From: the human T2T-CHM13v2.0 reference genome, Homo sapiens
Strand: one strand, 5' to 3'
DNA length: 64,000 bases
Assembly: GCF_009914755.1 (NCBI RefSeq)
Contig: NC_060929.1
Below, in pieces: positions 39,406 to 52,531 of this stretch. A program made the position numbers and the translations under genes. The notes under the pieces are model-generated. The model did not search any database and had not been told where the DNA came from. It worked only from the letters and a program-made list of their open reading frames with translations. Within the stretch, counting starts at the first letter, position 1. The number at the start of each line of letters is the position of its first letter.

Positions 39406-40371
39406 ACCTGCTATGTGTGCACACACGTTGTTCTCAGTGCTCTTGGTTAAGAACCTGGGAGTGGGAGTGCTGGCTCATATGATAAGTACATGCTCAGCAT
39501 CTGAAGCTTTGCCAAACTGCTCGCCAATGTGGCATCATCTTTCATCCCCATGAGCAATACATGAGACTTCCAGTTCTCCGATGTCTTCACCAACACTTGG
39601 TATTGTTCATCTTCTTTTTAATTATATTTTTTAGAGACAGAGTCTTGCTTTCATTGCTCTTGGGTAAGAATCTGGGGGTGAGAGTGTTGGGTCATATCAT
39701 AAGTACCTACTCAGCATCAGAAGCTTTGCCAAACTGCTTGGCGATGTGGCATCATCTTTCATCCCCATCAGCAATGGATGAGACTTCCAATTCTCCCACA
39801 TATTCACCAACACTTGGTATTGTTCATCTTTTTAAAAATTAATTTTTTTAAAGATAGGTTGCCCAGGCTGGTCTCAAACTCCTAGCCTCCAACCATCCTT
39901 CTGCCTCCTTGGACTCCCAAAGTGCTGGGATTTCAGGCATGAGCCACTGTGCCTGGCTTATCTTGTTGATCATTTTTATTGTAGCCTTTCTAACATGGGT
40001 GCCATGCTATCTTATTGTGGTTTTAGCTCGTGGATCCCAGGTGGGAAATGATGTTGAGCAGCTTTTCATGTGCTTTGTCGTTCATATTATTGCCTTGTGG
40101 AAGTTTTGTGTTCAAATCTTTTGCCCATTTGAAAACAGAGTTTTCTTATTGCTGAGTTTTGAAAATTCTTTAAATATTCTGGATACAAGTATATGACTTG
40201 AAAATATTTTATTTCAGTCTGTGGCTTATATTTTCATTCTCTTAATGGTGTCAATTGAAGGGAAATTTTTAAATGCTTAAAGTCACATTTATTCTTCTTT
40301 TTTCGGAAATAATGTTTTTGGGATCTATCAAAGAAGACATTGCTTAACAGAAGATCACAAAGATATTCTCT

Positions 40372-41649
40372 GGAGGGAGACTCAGAGGCGGACAGATGGC
40401 GGCAGCAGCTGCACGGGCGGGAGGGGGGCGGTAGCGCAGGCGGTGGTGGGGTTGGCGGGGGTTCCAGCTGCGGGACAGGCAGTGGCCGTAGCGGCATGTG
40501 GATAAGTCGAAGATAAGTGATATGCCTGGAAAAACGGACAAGTGGGATGGATCAGCTGTGAAAAACTCTGGATGATTCTGCCAAAAAGATACTTCTGGAA
40601 AAATACAAATACGTGGAGAATTTTTGTCTAATTGACGGTCACCTCACCATCTGTACAATCTCCTGTTGCTTTGCCATAGTGGCTGTGATTTGGGATTATA
40701 TGCATCCCTTTCCAGAGTCCAAGCCCGTTTTGGCTTTGTGATGATGGGAATTCTGACTATTTAGACCTCATCTAAGGAGAAGACCATCTTTCTCGTGGCC
40801 CACAGAAAAGAGCCTACAGGAGTGGATTCTGATGCTATTTGGGAGCTGCCCTCCAGTCTTAAAAGGTTTGATGGCAGATACACCCTGAAGCTGACCTTCA
40901 TCAGCAGGAGAACAAAGCAGCAGCGGGAAGCCAAGTTCACCAAGTCTATGGCTGAATTTTTCTGACCCCAGTGGGAGACTGGTCATGGATGCATGAGCCT
41001 GAAATGTCCAGGCTCCCTGACACTCTCCCCATGGGAAGAAACATCAAATAGCCCTCTTTCTGCTGGATCTTGCTGAATTACTGCCCTGGGGGGTAGGGGA
41101 GATAAAAATAACTTAAAATGGGTAAAGTAAGAACTGTTAAAAAGTCCATGTTTTGTCCTGAAATTTTACTCTATTCTGGATACATAGGATTTTCTGACAC
41201 AGATATGAGAAGTTGTAGCTCTGAGGTCAAGCTGTGGCCACCTCGGTATGCTGTTTGCATTATTTTAATTTGCTTTTCTGCAAAAGCATTTTTGCTAAAA
41301 GCTGTACAGACTTTTCCCTTTGTACTTATCAATACTTTATACTATAGCTTTGTGCCATGCAGCATTTTAAGATTCAATTTTAAAAAATTATTAATGTGTT
41401 GCTGTCTCTATCAATTCATATTTCCATATGTGTTTCCTTGAAGAATTCAGGACACAACTCCTTCCGTATGACAGCTTTCCTTCACACACTATTTTTGTGG
41501 GTATGTATATATCTCACTTGGGGAAAACTTTAAAAACACACTTGAAAAAACATAGCTTTTTAATTTGTTTGAAACAGACCTTCTGCCTGTTACGTTTTGT
41601 GCTCTTAACCAATTTAAGAGGACAACTGTATATTTAGTATTAAAAAAAC
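40372..41649 (+). pseudogene. SPCS2P3: Processed pseudogene of SPCS2 (signal peptidase complex subunit 2)
   Basis: Intronless decayed CDS from ATG 40396 (MAAAA...) through [38 protein letters not shown] and [21 protein letters not shown] to TAG 41049-41051, with frameshifts. Followed by 3'UTR, a short A tail at about 41642-41648 and a degenerate TSD. The P3 number is from memory. Confidence 0.9.
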
Positions 41650-42626
41650 ATATTCTGTGAGTTTTCTAGGGAGGTTAAACTTTCCTCTCTAAATATGAGG
41701 TCTCTGATGGATTGTGCACTGCTTTCTAGGTGGGACTGAGCTGTGTGTGTGTGTTTGGCATGTGGTTATGCAGCTGCTGCAGCACACTCATTACACACCC
41801 TTCCATGTCTCCCCATTGCCTCACCTTGGCACCTTCCATTTAAGCCAAACACCAGAAATATAAAGAAGGGCTTGTTTCTGGAGTTTCCAGTTTGTTCCAT
41901 TCATCGAGTCAGGGTGTCTTCTATGGACAACGCTGTCTGCAGCCCTGGGCCCTCTCGAAGGGGAGGCGATGGACTGTAGGTCTGTGGAGCTCAGCACAGG
42001 GCTGTGCCACGGACGCGGGTGTCAGTGAAGTCACGTGCATTTTCAGATGGAATTCTCCTCCCCGATGTGAACAATGAACCGACGGTGTTATTTTCATAGG
42101 ATTGTCCTGGAGCCCACGGAGACGCGGGCTTGGGATCCAACGTGATGCTGAGCGGATCTTCTCTGCTTCAGACCAGGCCTCATGTGGCTTCACACAAGGG
42201 TGACTGTAAATCGTCATCTACACCGAGATGCTGCAGAGAGACCGAGGGGACTCACAATTGCACCCCGGCAGCAGGTGTGCATGTGGACGATTGCAGGCAG
42301 AGAAAATCCTGTGAGCCTGTGTGCCACATGGAGTGAGGGAACGTTGGTGGGTGAGTCTGGGCGGGGCAGGCTGGGGGCCCAATCGGTTTCCACTGAGTGT
42401 CTCCATATCTTTGCTGGAAGTGCAGGGAAGGGGCAAGGCTTGGACGCCAGCGTCGCTGTTCCTCCAGGCTGGCTGATCCCTTTTCATTTCCAAGTCTCAA
42501 GAGCCTGTTCCCTGAAGTCCTGGGGAAGTGTGGTGAGGCGGCCCTGCCCCAACAGGGAAGGAGAAGACACCTGTAACCTCCAGAAGCTGGCCGCCTCACA
42601 AAGCCTTCTCAGATGGATTCCCCCAC

Positions 42627-42925
42627 AGCCTAGTACAGTGGCTCATGCCTGTAATCGCCCTGCTATGGGAGGCTGAGGCCAGAGGCTTGCTTGAGACCAG
42701 AAGTTCCAAACCAGCACGGGCAACAGAGTGAGACCCCATCTCTTAAGAAATAAGAAATAAATTGGCTGGGTGTGGTGGCACACGCCTGTAGTTTCAGCTA
42801 CTCGGGAGGCTGAGGTGGGAAGATCGCTTGAGCCCAGGAGGTGGAGGCTGCAGTGAGCCATTATCCCACCACTATAATCCATGCTGGGTGACAGAGTGAG
42901 ATCCCATCTCCAAAAAATAAATAAC
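42627..42925 (+). mobile_element. Alu (J-like), duplicated with the block (paralog at 48227-48525)
   Basis: Dimer; both copies share idiosyncratic bases (gagccattatcccaccact). Confidence 0.85.
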
Positions 42926-43574
42926 AACCCAGTAGAAACCGCTGGAAGCTGACCCCAGAGCAGGAACAGAAATATGTGGCCCTAAAGCCGGTAGCCACAC
43001 AGGGCTTTTCCCGTGAAGGACGGACACAGAGTCCATGTATCCATGTAACAAACACACACCATTCACACACATATACATGACCACACACCACACACAAAAC
43101 CACACCAACACATACGTGCACATGTGACCACAAACACATCTCTATTCCCATCTGTCTCCTACACACAGTCTTTCCTAAGCATTTTATTTTAAAACCACAG
43201 CACACAGCTTCTGCCATGGCTACCAATTTCCCTCCATCCTTTATCACGGCACTGTCCCTCACTGCATGTTCTGGGCACTTCAGAGCCTGCCCTGGGCATC
43301 TGCCCATCACCGCAGCCTGATGGTGGCACTGCAGTGCTGAGGGCTCCCACTTTGGTACCCGTCTGTCTCTCTCACCCACAGCTGGGAAGCATTCCTGCCT
43401 CTCACTCCATCTCTCTTCTGTGCTCCACCCACCATCATTCCCATGTGAGCAGCACCCTTGGACACAGAGTGCTTCCCTTTTGAATACTACCTTAACCTCA
43501 GCTTGGGGGACCTCAGACCACACATTCTGCACATGGCCCTGTCCTCGGGGACAGCGCCAGTGATTGCAACTTAC

Positions 43575-43662
43575 CTGTGCCATCGAGCCCCCGTCTGGGT
43601 GTACACGAGTGGAGAACTGACACAGGCGCCTGCAAATCAGCCGGGAGTTCCTGGCCTTGGCT
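43575..43662 (-). CDS. ZDHHC11: ZDHHC11 coding exon (88 nt, probably exon 10): AKARNSRLICRRLCQFSTRVHPDGGSMAQ
   Basis: ccccaccag|AGCC...CAG|gtaagt; paralog of 49214-49301. Confidence 0.93.
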
Positions 43663-45910
43663 CTGGTGGGGCAAACAGAAGGAAAGAAACACACCACAGT
43701 TTTGTAGGGCGCTCAGGATGGCACTGGAGGCTACAGTGTGTCCTGTAAGCACCACTGCAGTGGGGCCCATGTGTCTCAGAAACTGGAGACCAGCAGCTCC
43801 CGGGAGGTTGTGTGAGTGCTCCCGGGTTACTGCACAGTGGGAAACAGAAGGAGCTTCTCGTGTAAAGGACCAGGACTCCTTCCCACTTGGATTCTGTAAA
43901 GCAGTACCTCCCTGAAGTCTGCGAGCCCCACCCTAGACCAGTGCCTTAGACAGGTAGTGTCCTCCGTTAGTGTAGCTGGTCTACACTGGGCTACAAGGTG
44001 ACTGTAATTTTATAAAACAGCACATCATACATGTCACAGGGGTGTCAGGTGGGTCAGGTGACCTTCATTTTTACCTGGAAATCCTTGCCATTCCCTAATT
44101 TTCTACAACATATACATGTCGATTTGGCAATCATTACACAACTTTAGTTTTTCCTTTTGTTTTGGTTTTAGAGAGAAAGTTTGTAATTCCGGTTATAGTT
44201 ACATTTCTATTAATCTTGCCCAAAATGCATCACAGAGAAAGCATTTTTGTATTTTACTTAAAAGACCATAGTTACATGATAGTTTGAAGTGATATTCAAG
44301 TGCTTCGGATCTACACAGTAGTTTTGCCAATTACCCTTCTAAGAAAAGCAATTTCATAGAAGACTTAATGGGTCGTTTGAAAGGGAATGAACTTTTCCCA
44401 GTAAGCCATACACCTTGACTGCTGAACTAAGCAAAAGTCTGCATGAATTCTCTGCAGTTGTGATCATTACCAACAGGGCCTTGTCCTGATCTAAGAAGCC
44501 CTTTGCCCTCTGGCTGTGGAGTAAGGGATGGTGACATTTCCAGGGACACAGGCCCTGTCTCTTCTGCCCAGGAAGCTGTGGGCTGAGCCCCTGCCGGTGT
44601 CTGTGAGGGGTGGGGCTGGTGCACACCTGGGGAAGGGGGGCTGCACTCCACTTTCTGGCCATGGTGGAGACTCTGACTTCCAGGACCTTTGCTGCCTCTC
44701 TGTGGGGGCTGTGATGTGGTCCCCTCCCAATGGAAAGTGTGTAACTAATGTAACTGGAACTTGAATTTCATGTGTCTAGGAACTGGACAAAGTCATCTGA
44801 AAGCTCATATGGAAAAATAAATGTGTAAGAATTGTCAAAAGTAAATGAAAAATGAAAAAATCTTTAGAGGCTTATTTGCCTGCAGGATATTAAAATATAG
44901 TAGCTAAATAAGGTTCTGTAATTTAAACAGATGATGCACCTCCAGGACACAGACCCATGAGACAGACACAGACCTGGGCCTGTGTTTAGGGAAACACAGT
45001 GAACCAGAAAAGGGGCCTTTCAATTTGATGGGGAAAGGTGCAATATTTAATACATGAGGTGAAAACCAACAGTTACTTCGTTGGGATAAAATAACCTTAT
45101 CTCTTAACTCCCTGAATACAACAATAAATCCCAACTGGCCTGAAAAATCAAAATGTAAAGGAAGCAAATGGAAATATGAATAACGTCTTTACCCTCCTCC
45201 AGCCCCTTGGCTCTCTGCTGCTCCCCCCGGGGCAGGAGAAGAAGGAAGAGGGCCAGGGGTCCCCTGCCCACACTCTCCATGATGACAGAGATGGGAAGGT
45301 AGCCAGGCAGCAACAGTGTACGGCGACATTGGAGCGACCTCACGGCGACCTCAATTTCCACTGCGCCTCCTCCCAGAGCCTAAGAAGCTGCAGGCCTGTG
45401 GTGCCCAGCACTGAAACAAGGAGATGGCGGCTCAGCCAAGCCATTTAGGATGGAAACTGCAAAGATTCAATATTCAGGACTGCTTCTTTGCTGCTGAAGG
45501 GGTGTGAACTACCCTTCTCTTCTCCACTACACAACACAACTGTTTTGGGAAGCATCAAGTGAAAGCGTGCAGGGCTCACGGCAGACAGGAGACAGGGCTG
45601 ATGTGCAGCTCCCACCAGGACAGAGAACAGCATGTGGACACTCATACTGTGGACTTTTGCTGCAGGAACCACCAAGGAGCGTACCAGGAAAAAAACAAAT
45701 CACAGAGCCTTTAAAAGAAGCCGCAGGCTGCTGTGATTCCACAGGACAGGTGACAGTTTTGCTGCTCTCTCGAAAGTGCCACCTCCTGGCACTTCAGGAT
45801 ATTTGAAGACATTAAATGGATGACATATTTTCCTAAGTAATTCGAGATGAGACGAGTGTATAACTATGTTACTAATAGATAAAATAATCCCATTAAACTT
45901 ACAAACTCAC

Positions 45911-45945
45911 CCAAGTGCAGATGGACACGGGTCTTCATCCCCTTC
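45911..45945 (-). CDS. ZDHHC11: ZDHHC11 coding exon (35 nt, probably exon 9): EGDEDPCPSALG
   Basis: ccccacag|GAA...GG|gtgagt. Confidence 0.92.
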
Positions 45946-48226
45946 CTGTGGGGAAGTGAAGCAAAATTCATAGAATGAATTGACATTGAACTTATTCTTA
46001 AAAAAAATTCAAGTCCATTTCTAGTCAGTTCTGACAGTCACTTCTGAGTAATGGTACATCAAGGTTGCCTGGATCATGGAATAGGATCTCAGTGGTGACA
46101 CAGCACACTTCCTCCCAATCCTTGTATTATGGGCTGAACTATATCCTCCTCCAAATTCATAGGTTGACATCCTGACACCCAGTACCTCAGAATGTGACTA
46201 TATGTGGAGACAGGGTCTTGAAAGAGGTAATGGATGTTAGATGAGGCTATTAGAGTGAGCCCTAATCCAGAGTGACTGGTGTCCTTTTATGAAGGGGAGA
46301 TTATAACAAAGACACAGACAGAGGGAAGACTGTGAGAGGACACAGAGAACAGGTGGCCATCTACAAGGCAAGGAGAGAGGCCTTGGGAGAAACCAACCCT
46401 GCAGACACCGTGCTCTGGGACTTCCAGCCTGCAGATATGTGAGAAAATACATTTCTTGTTGCAACACCCCATCCATGGTTCCTGCTTGTGGAAGCTCTAG
46501 CAAAGAAAAACACCTGCTATGTGTGCACACACATGTTGTTCTCAGTGCTCTTGGGTAAGAACCTGGGAGTGGGAGTGCTGGCTCATATGATAAGTACATG
46601 CTCAGCATCTGAAGCTTTGCCAAACTGCTCGCCAATGTGGCATCATCTTTCATCCCCATGAGCAATGGATGAGACTTCCAGTTCTCCAAACTCTTCACCA
46701 ACACTTGATATTGATCACCTTTTTTTATTTATATTTTTTAGAGGCAGGGTCTTGCTATGTTGCCCATAGTGGTCTCAAACTCCTGGCCTCAAGGGATCCT
46801 CCTGCCTTGTGGGCCACCCAAAGCTCTGGGATTTCAGGTGTGAAGCTTTGTGCCTGGATGGTATCCTTAATCTGCTTTCTTGCAGCTACTCTAATGGGGT
46901 GCAGCAGTATCTTATTGTGATTTTAGCTGGTGGTTCCCTGGTGGCAAATGATGTTGAGCACCATTTTGTGGGCTTTATTTCTCATGGATATTGTTGCCTT
47001 GGTGAAGAACGTGTTCAATCTTTCACCCATTTAAAAACTGAGCTGTTGTGTATTTTTGAGTTTTCATGGTTCTTTAAATATTCTGGATGAAAGCATATGA
47101 CTTGTAAATATTTTATTTCAGCCTGTGGCTTATATTTTCATTCTTTTACTGGTGACAATGGAAGAAATAATTTTAAATGCTTAAAGTCAAATGTATCCGT
47201 TTTGTGAAATAGTGTTTTTGGTATCTATCAAAGAAGAGTTTGCCTAACACAAGACCCCGGAGATATTCTAGGATTTTTGTAGGAATGTTAAAGTTTCCCC
47301 CTCTTACTATGAGGTCTCTGATGGATTGTGCACTGCTTTCTAGGTGGGACTGAGCTGTGTGTGTGTGTTTGGCATGTGGTTATGCAGCTGCTGCACCACA
47401 CTCATTACAAACCCTTCCATGTCTCCCCATTGCCTCACCTTGGCACCTTCCATTTAAGCCAAACATTAGAAATGTAAAGAAGGGCTTGTTTCTGGAGTTT
47501 CCAGTTTGTTCCATTCATCTACTCAGAGCATCTTCTTTGGACAACACTGTCTGCAGCTGTGGGCCCACTCCAAGGGGAGGCGATGGACTGTAGGTCTGTG
47601 GAGCTCAGCACAGGGCTGTGCCACGGACGCGGGTGTCAGTGAAGTCACGTGCATTTTCAGATGGAATTCTCCTCCCCGATGTGAACAATGAACGACGGTG
47701 TCACTTTCATAGGATTGTCCTGGAGCCCACGGAGACGCGGGCTTGGGATTCAACATGATGCTGAGCGGATCTTCTCTGCTTCAGACCAGGCCTCATGTGG
47801 CTTCACTATTCATCCACACATAGAAGCTGCAGAGACACTGAGGGGACTCACAAATGCACCTGTGCAGAAGGTGTCAACGTGGACAAACACAGGCAGAGAA
47901 ACTCCCATGAGCCCGTGTGCCACATGCAGTGAGGGAACTTTGGTGGCTGAGTCTGGGCCAGGGTGGGCTGGGGGCTCAATCGATTTCCACCGAGTGTGTC
48001 TCCAAATCTTTGCTGGAAGTGCAGGCAAGGGGCAAGGCTTGGACACCAGCGTCGCTGTTCCTCCAGGCTGGGCTGATCCCTTTTTATTTCCAAGTCACAG
48101 GAGCCTGTTCCCTGAAATCCTGGGGAAGTGTGGTGAGGTGGCCCTGCCCCCACAGGGAAGGAGAACACACCTGTAACCTCCAGAAGCTGGCCCCATGACA
48201 AAACCTGCTCAAAAGGACCAGCCTGC

Positions 48227-48525
48227 GGCCTGGCGTGGTGGCTCACGCCTCTAATCCCTGTGCTATTAGAGGCTGAGGTCAAGGAATCACTTGAGATGAG
48301 AAGTTCCAAACAAGCCTGGACAATAGAGTGAGATCCCATCTCTTAAGAAATAAAAAATAAATTGGCTGGGCGTGGTGGCATACGCTTGTACTTTCAGCTA
48401 CTCAGGAGGCTAAGGTGGGAAGATTGCTTGAGCCCAGGAGTTGGAGGCTGCAGTGAGCCATTATCCCACCACTGCAATCCATGTTGGGTGATGGAGTGAG
48501 ATCTCATCTCTAAAAAATAAATAAT
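48227..48525 (+). mobile_element. Alu (J-like), paralog of 42627-42925
   Basis: Same flanks and diagnostic changes as the copy in block A. Confidence 0.85.
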
Positions 48526-49213
48526 GACCCAGCAGAAACCACTGGAAGCTGACCCCAGAGCAGGAACAGAAATATGTGGCCCTAAAGCCGGCAGCCGCGC
48601 TGGTCTTTTCCTGTGAAGGATGGACACAGAGTCCATGTAACAAACACACACCATTCACACACATATACACGTGACCACACACCACACACAAAACCACACA
48701 CATAACCACACCCCCCCACATATGTGCAACCACACACCATACACTTGTACGTGTGACCACACATACATCGTCTATTCCCATCTGTCTCCTACACACAGTC
48801 TTTCCTAAGCATTTTATTTAAAAAAAAAAAAAAAACAGCACATGGCTTCTGCCATGGCTACCAATTTCCCTCCATCCTTTATCACAGCACTGTCCCTCGC
48901 TGCATGTTCTGGGCACTTCAGAGCCTGCCTTGGGCATCTGCCCATCACCACAGCCTGATGGTGGTGCTCCAGTGCTGGGGGCTCCCACTTTGGTACCCAT
49001 CTGTCTCTGTCACCCACAGCTGGGAAGCATTCCTGCCTCTCACTCCATCTCTCTTCTGTGCTCCACCCACCATCATTCCCATGTGAGCAGCACCATTGGA
49101 CACAGAGTGCTTCCATTCTGAATACTGCCTTAACCTCAGCTTGGGGGACCCGAGACCACATATTCTGCACACGGCCCTGACCTCGGGGTGCATCGCTGGT
49201 GACTGCAACTTAC

Positions 49214-49301
49214 CCGTGCCGTCGAATCCCCATCCTGGTTTACTGAAGTGCAGAAGTGACATAAGTGCTTGTGAATCAGCAGGGAGCTCTTGGCTTTGAC
49301 T
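49214..49301 (-). CDS. ZDHHC11: ZDHHC11 coding exon (88 nt, probably exon 8): VKAKSSLLIHKHLCHFCTSVNQDGDSTAR
   Basis: tcccaccag|AGTC...CGG|gtaagt. Confidence 0.93.
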
Positions 49302-51779
49302 CTGGTGGGACAGAAAGGAGGAGAGAAACTCATCTCAGCTTTGTAGGGGGACTCAGGGTGGCACTGGAGGCTGCACCGCGTCGTGTCAGCACCACTGCTG
49401 TGGGGCACACATGTCTCAGAAACTTGTAGACCAGCAGCTCCTGGGAGGTTGTCTAAGTACTCCTGCGTTATGTGCAGTGGCACACGTAAGAAGCTTCTCG
49501 TGTAAAGGACCATGACTCTTTGCCACTGGGACAATGCAAAGCAGTCCCTCCACCCACCGTGTGAGACCTGCCCTACACCAGTGCCTAAGACAGGTTCTGA
49601 AGAGTGATGGCAGATGGGAGACAGGTCTGATATGCAGCTCCCACATGGAGAGACAGAACAGCATGTGGAGACTCATACTGTGGCCTTTCACTCCAGGAAC
49701 CACCACAGCAGCATACCAGAAAAAACAAAAAGTCACAGGGCCTTTGGAAGATGCCATAGGCCACTGCAAATTCCACAGAACAGGTGACAACTCCGCTGCT
49801 GTCTCAAAAGTGCCACCTCCTGGCTGGAGGCCAGTCAGCTCAGGACATGACAGCAACTCATGACAGAACAACCCTGCTCCTAGGAAGGAGAAAACAAGAG
49901 CTTATTCCACCTCCTGCAACATCCTGGATAACCAGAGGTCCTGAGTCTGCCCATGTGACAACTTCACTGCTAGAATAACCAGCCTCTGAGAAAGTCAGCA
50001 CAGTAAACCTATCGGCCGCCGAGGACCTCCACAGAGTCCACTTCGGTCCCCTGTCACCTCCACCGGAGCAGGTGCTCGCATCCACAGCTGGGAGACCTGA
50101 GGACGGATCACATCACAGGACTCTGTGCAGACATTCCCCAGCACCAGCCTGGTAGCCCTGCTGGGTGGAGAGACCCAGAAGAACAATAGCAATCACTGCT
50201 GTCTGGTTTGCAGGAAGCTCCATCTCTAGGGGAAGGGGCAGTGCACAAATCAGGGACCACCCCATGGGACTAAAGAATCTGACCAGCAGCCTTGAGTTCC
50301 AGATTTTCCCACTGAAATAATCTACACACATGAGAAGGAATCAGACGAGTAATCCTGGTAATATCATGAAACAGGGCTCTATTCCACCCTCAAAAGACCA
50401 CACTAGCTCCCCAGTGAGAGATCCAAACCAAGAAGAAAATCAGAATTGCTGGAAAGAATTCAGAAGGTTGATTATTAAACTACTCAAGGAGATACCAAAG
50501 ACAGGTGATAACCAACTTAAAGAAATTTAAAAATCAATACAGGATATAGATGAAAAATGCTCCAGGGAAATAGAGATCCTAAAGAAAACACAGTCACAAC
50601 TTCTGGAACAAAAGACACACTAAGAGAAATGGAAAATGCACCAGAAACTTTCAACAGCAGGATCTAACAAGTAGAACAAAGAACTTCAGAACTCAAAAAC
50701 AAGGCTTTTTAAATAACCCAGCCAGACAAAGAGGAAAAAAATAATTTTAAAAAAGAACAAAGCCTCCAGGAACTTAGGGATTATGTTAAACAGCCAAACC
50801 TAAAAATAGTGTTCCTGACAAAGCAGACAAATCCACAAGTTTGGAAAACTTATTTGAGGAAATGATCAAGGAAACCTTCCCTGGCCTTGCTAGAGTTCTA
50901 GACATCCAAAGACAAGAAGCTCAAAGAATGCCTGGGAAATTCATTGCAAAAAGATCATCACCGAGGCACATGGTCATCAGGTTATCTACAGTCGACACAA
51001 ATCAAAGAATCTTAAGAGCTGGGAGGCAAAACATCAGGTAACCTCTAAAGGAAAACCTCTCATATTAGCAGCAGATTTCTCAGCAGAAACTCTACACACT
51101 AGAAGGGATTGGGGTCCTATCTCTAGCCTCTCCAAGCAAAATAATTAACAGCCAATAATTTTGTATTCAGCAAAACTATGTTTCCTAAATGAAGTAGAGA
51201 AAATGTCTGTTTCAGAACAACAAATGCTGAGAGAACTAGCCACTAATAAGTCAGTCCTACAAGAAATACTAAAAGGAGTTCCAAATCTTAAAACAAAACC
51301 TCAAAATACACCAAAACAGAACCTCCTTAAAGCATAAATCTTACAGGACTGAGAAAACAGTAACACAAATTAAAAAACCAAGGTATTCAGGCAACAACTA
51401 GCATGATCAATAAAACAGTACCTCACATCCAAATGCTAACACTGAATGTAAATGGCCTATAAGCACCTTCTAAAAAATACAGAGTGGAAGAATGGAGAAA
51501 AATCCACCAACCAAGTATCTGCTGTCTTCAAGAGACACACCTAATGTATAAGGACTGAAATAAACTTAAGGTAAAGTGGCAGAAAAGATATTCCATACAA
51601 ATGGAAACCAACAGCAGGCAGGAGGAACTATTCTGATACCAGACTCAACAGACTTTAAAGCCACAACAGTTAAGAAAGACAAAGAGCAACATTATACGAT
51701 GATAAAAGAATCACTCCAAAAGGAAAAATATCACTATCCTAACTATATATGCACGTAATGAGGGACCTGCCAAATTTAT

Positions 51780-52531
51780 TTTTTTTTATTCTTTATTTTT
51801 TTTTTTTTATTGATCATTCTTGGGTGTTTCTCACAGAGGGGGATTTGGCAGGGTCATAGGACAATAGTGGAGGGAAGGTCAACAGAAAAACAAGTGAACA
51901 AAGGTCTCTGGCTTTCCTAGGCAGAGGACCCAGCGGCCTTCCCCAGTGTTTGTGTCCCTGGGTACTTGAGATTAGGGAGTGGTGATGACTCTTAATGAGC
52001 ATGCTGCCTTCAAGCATCTGTTTAACAAAGCACATCTTGCACCGCCCTTAATCCATTTAACCCTGAGTGGACACAGCACATGTTTCAGAGAGCACAGGGT
52101 TGGGGGTAAGGTCATAGATCAACAGGATCCCAAGGCAGAATTTTTCTTAGTACAGAACAAAATGAAAAGTCTCCCATGTCTACTTCTTTCTACACAGACA
52201 CAGCAACCATCCGATTTCTCAATCTTTTCCCCACCTTTCCCCCTTTTCTATTCCACAAAACCGCCATTGTCATCATGGCCCGTTCTCAGTGAGCTGTTGG
52301 GTACACCTTCCAGACGGGGTGGTGGCCGGGCAGAGGGGCTCCTCACTTCCCAGAAGGGGCGGCCGGGCGGAGGCACCCCCCACCTCCCAGATGCGGCAGC
52401 TGGCCGGGTGGAGGTGCCCCCCACCTCCCTCCTGGACGGGGCGGCTGGCCGGGTGGAGGTGCCCCCCACCTCCCTCCTGGACGGGGCGGCCGGCCGGGTG
52501 GGGGCTGACCCCCCACCTCCCTCCCGGACGG
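51780..52531 (-). mobile_element. 5'-truncated SVA retrotransposon (poly-A, SINE-R, part of VNTR)
   Basis: Poly-T then tgatcattcttgggtgtttctc...SINE-R, then a GC-rich VNTR (ccccccacctccctcc). Perfect 18-bp TSD GGGACCTGCCAAATTTAT at 51762-51779 and 52532-52549. Confidence 0.95.

Larger units (their letters stand above)
38790..43955. repeat. Intragenic duplication block, copy A (35-nt exon + 88-nt exon)
   Basis: Colinear similarity to 45890-49595, including a shared MLT1 LTR, Alu and CA-rich tract. Confidence 0.9.
45890..49595. repeat. Intragenic duplication block, copy B (35-nt exon + 88-nt exon)
   Basis: Colinear with 38790-43955 but lacks the SPCS2 insertion. Confidence 0.9.
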
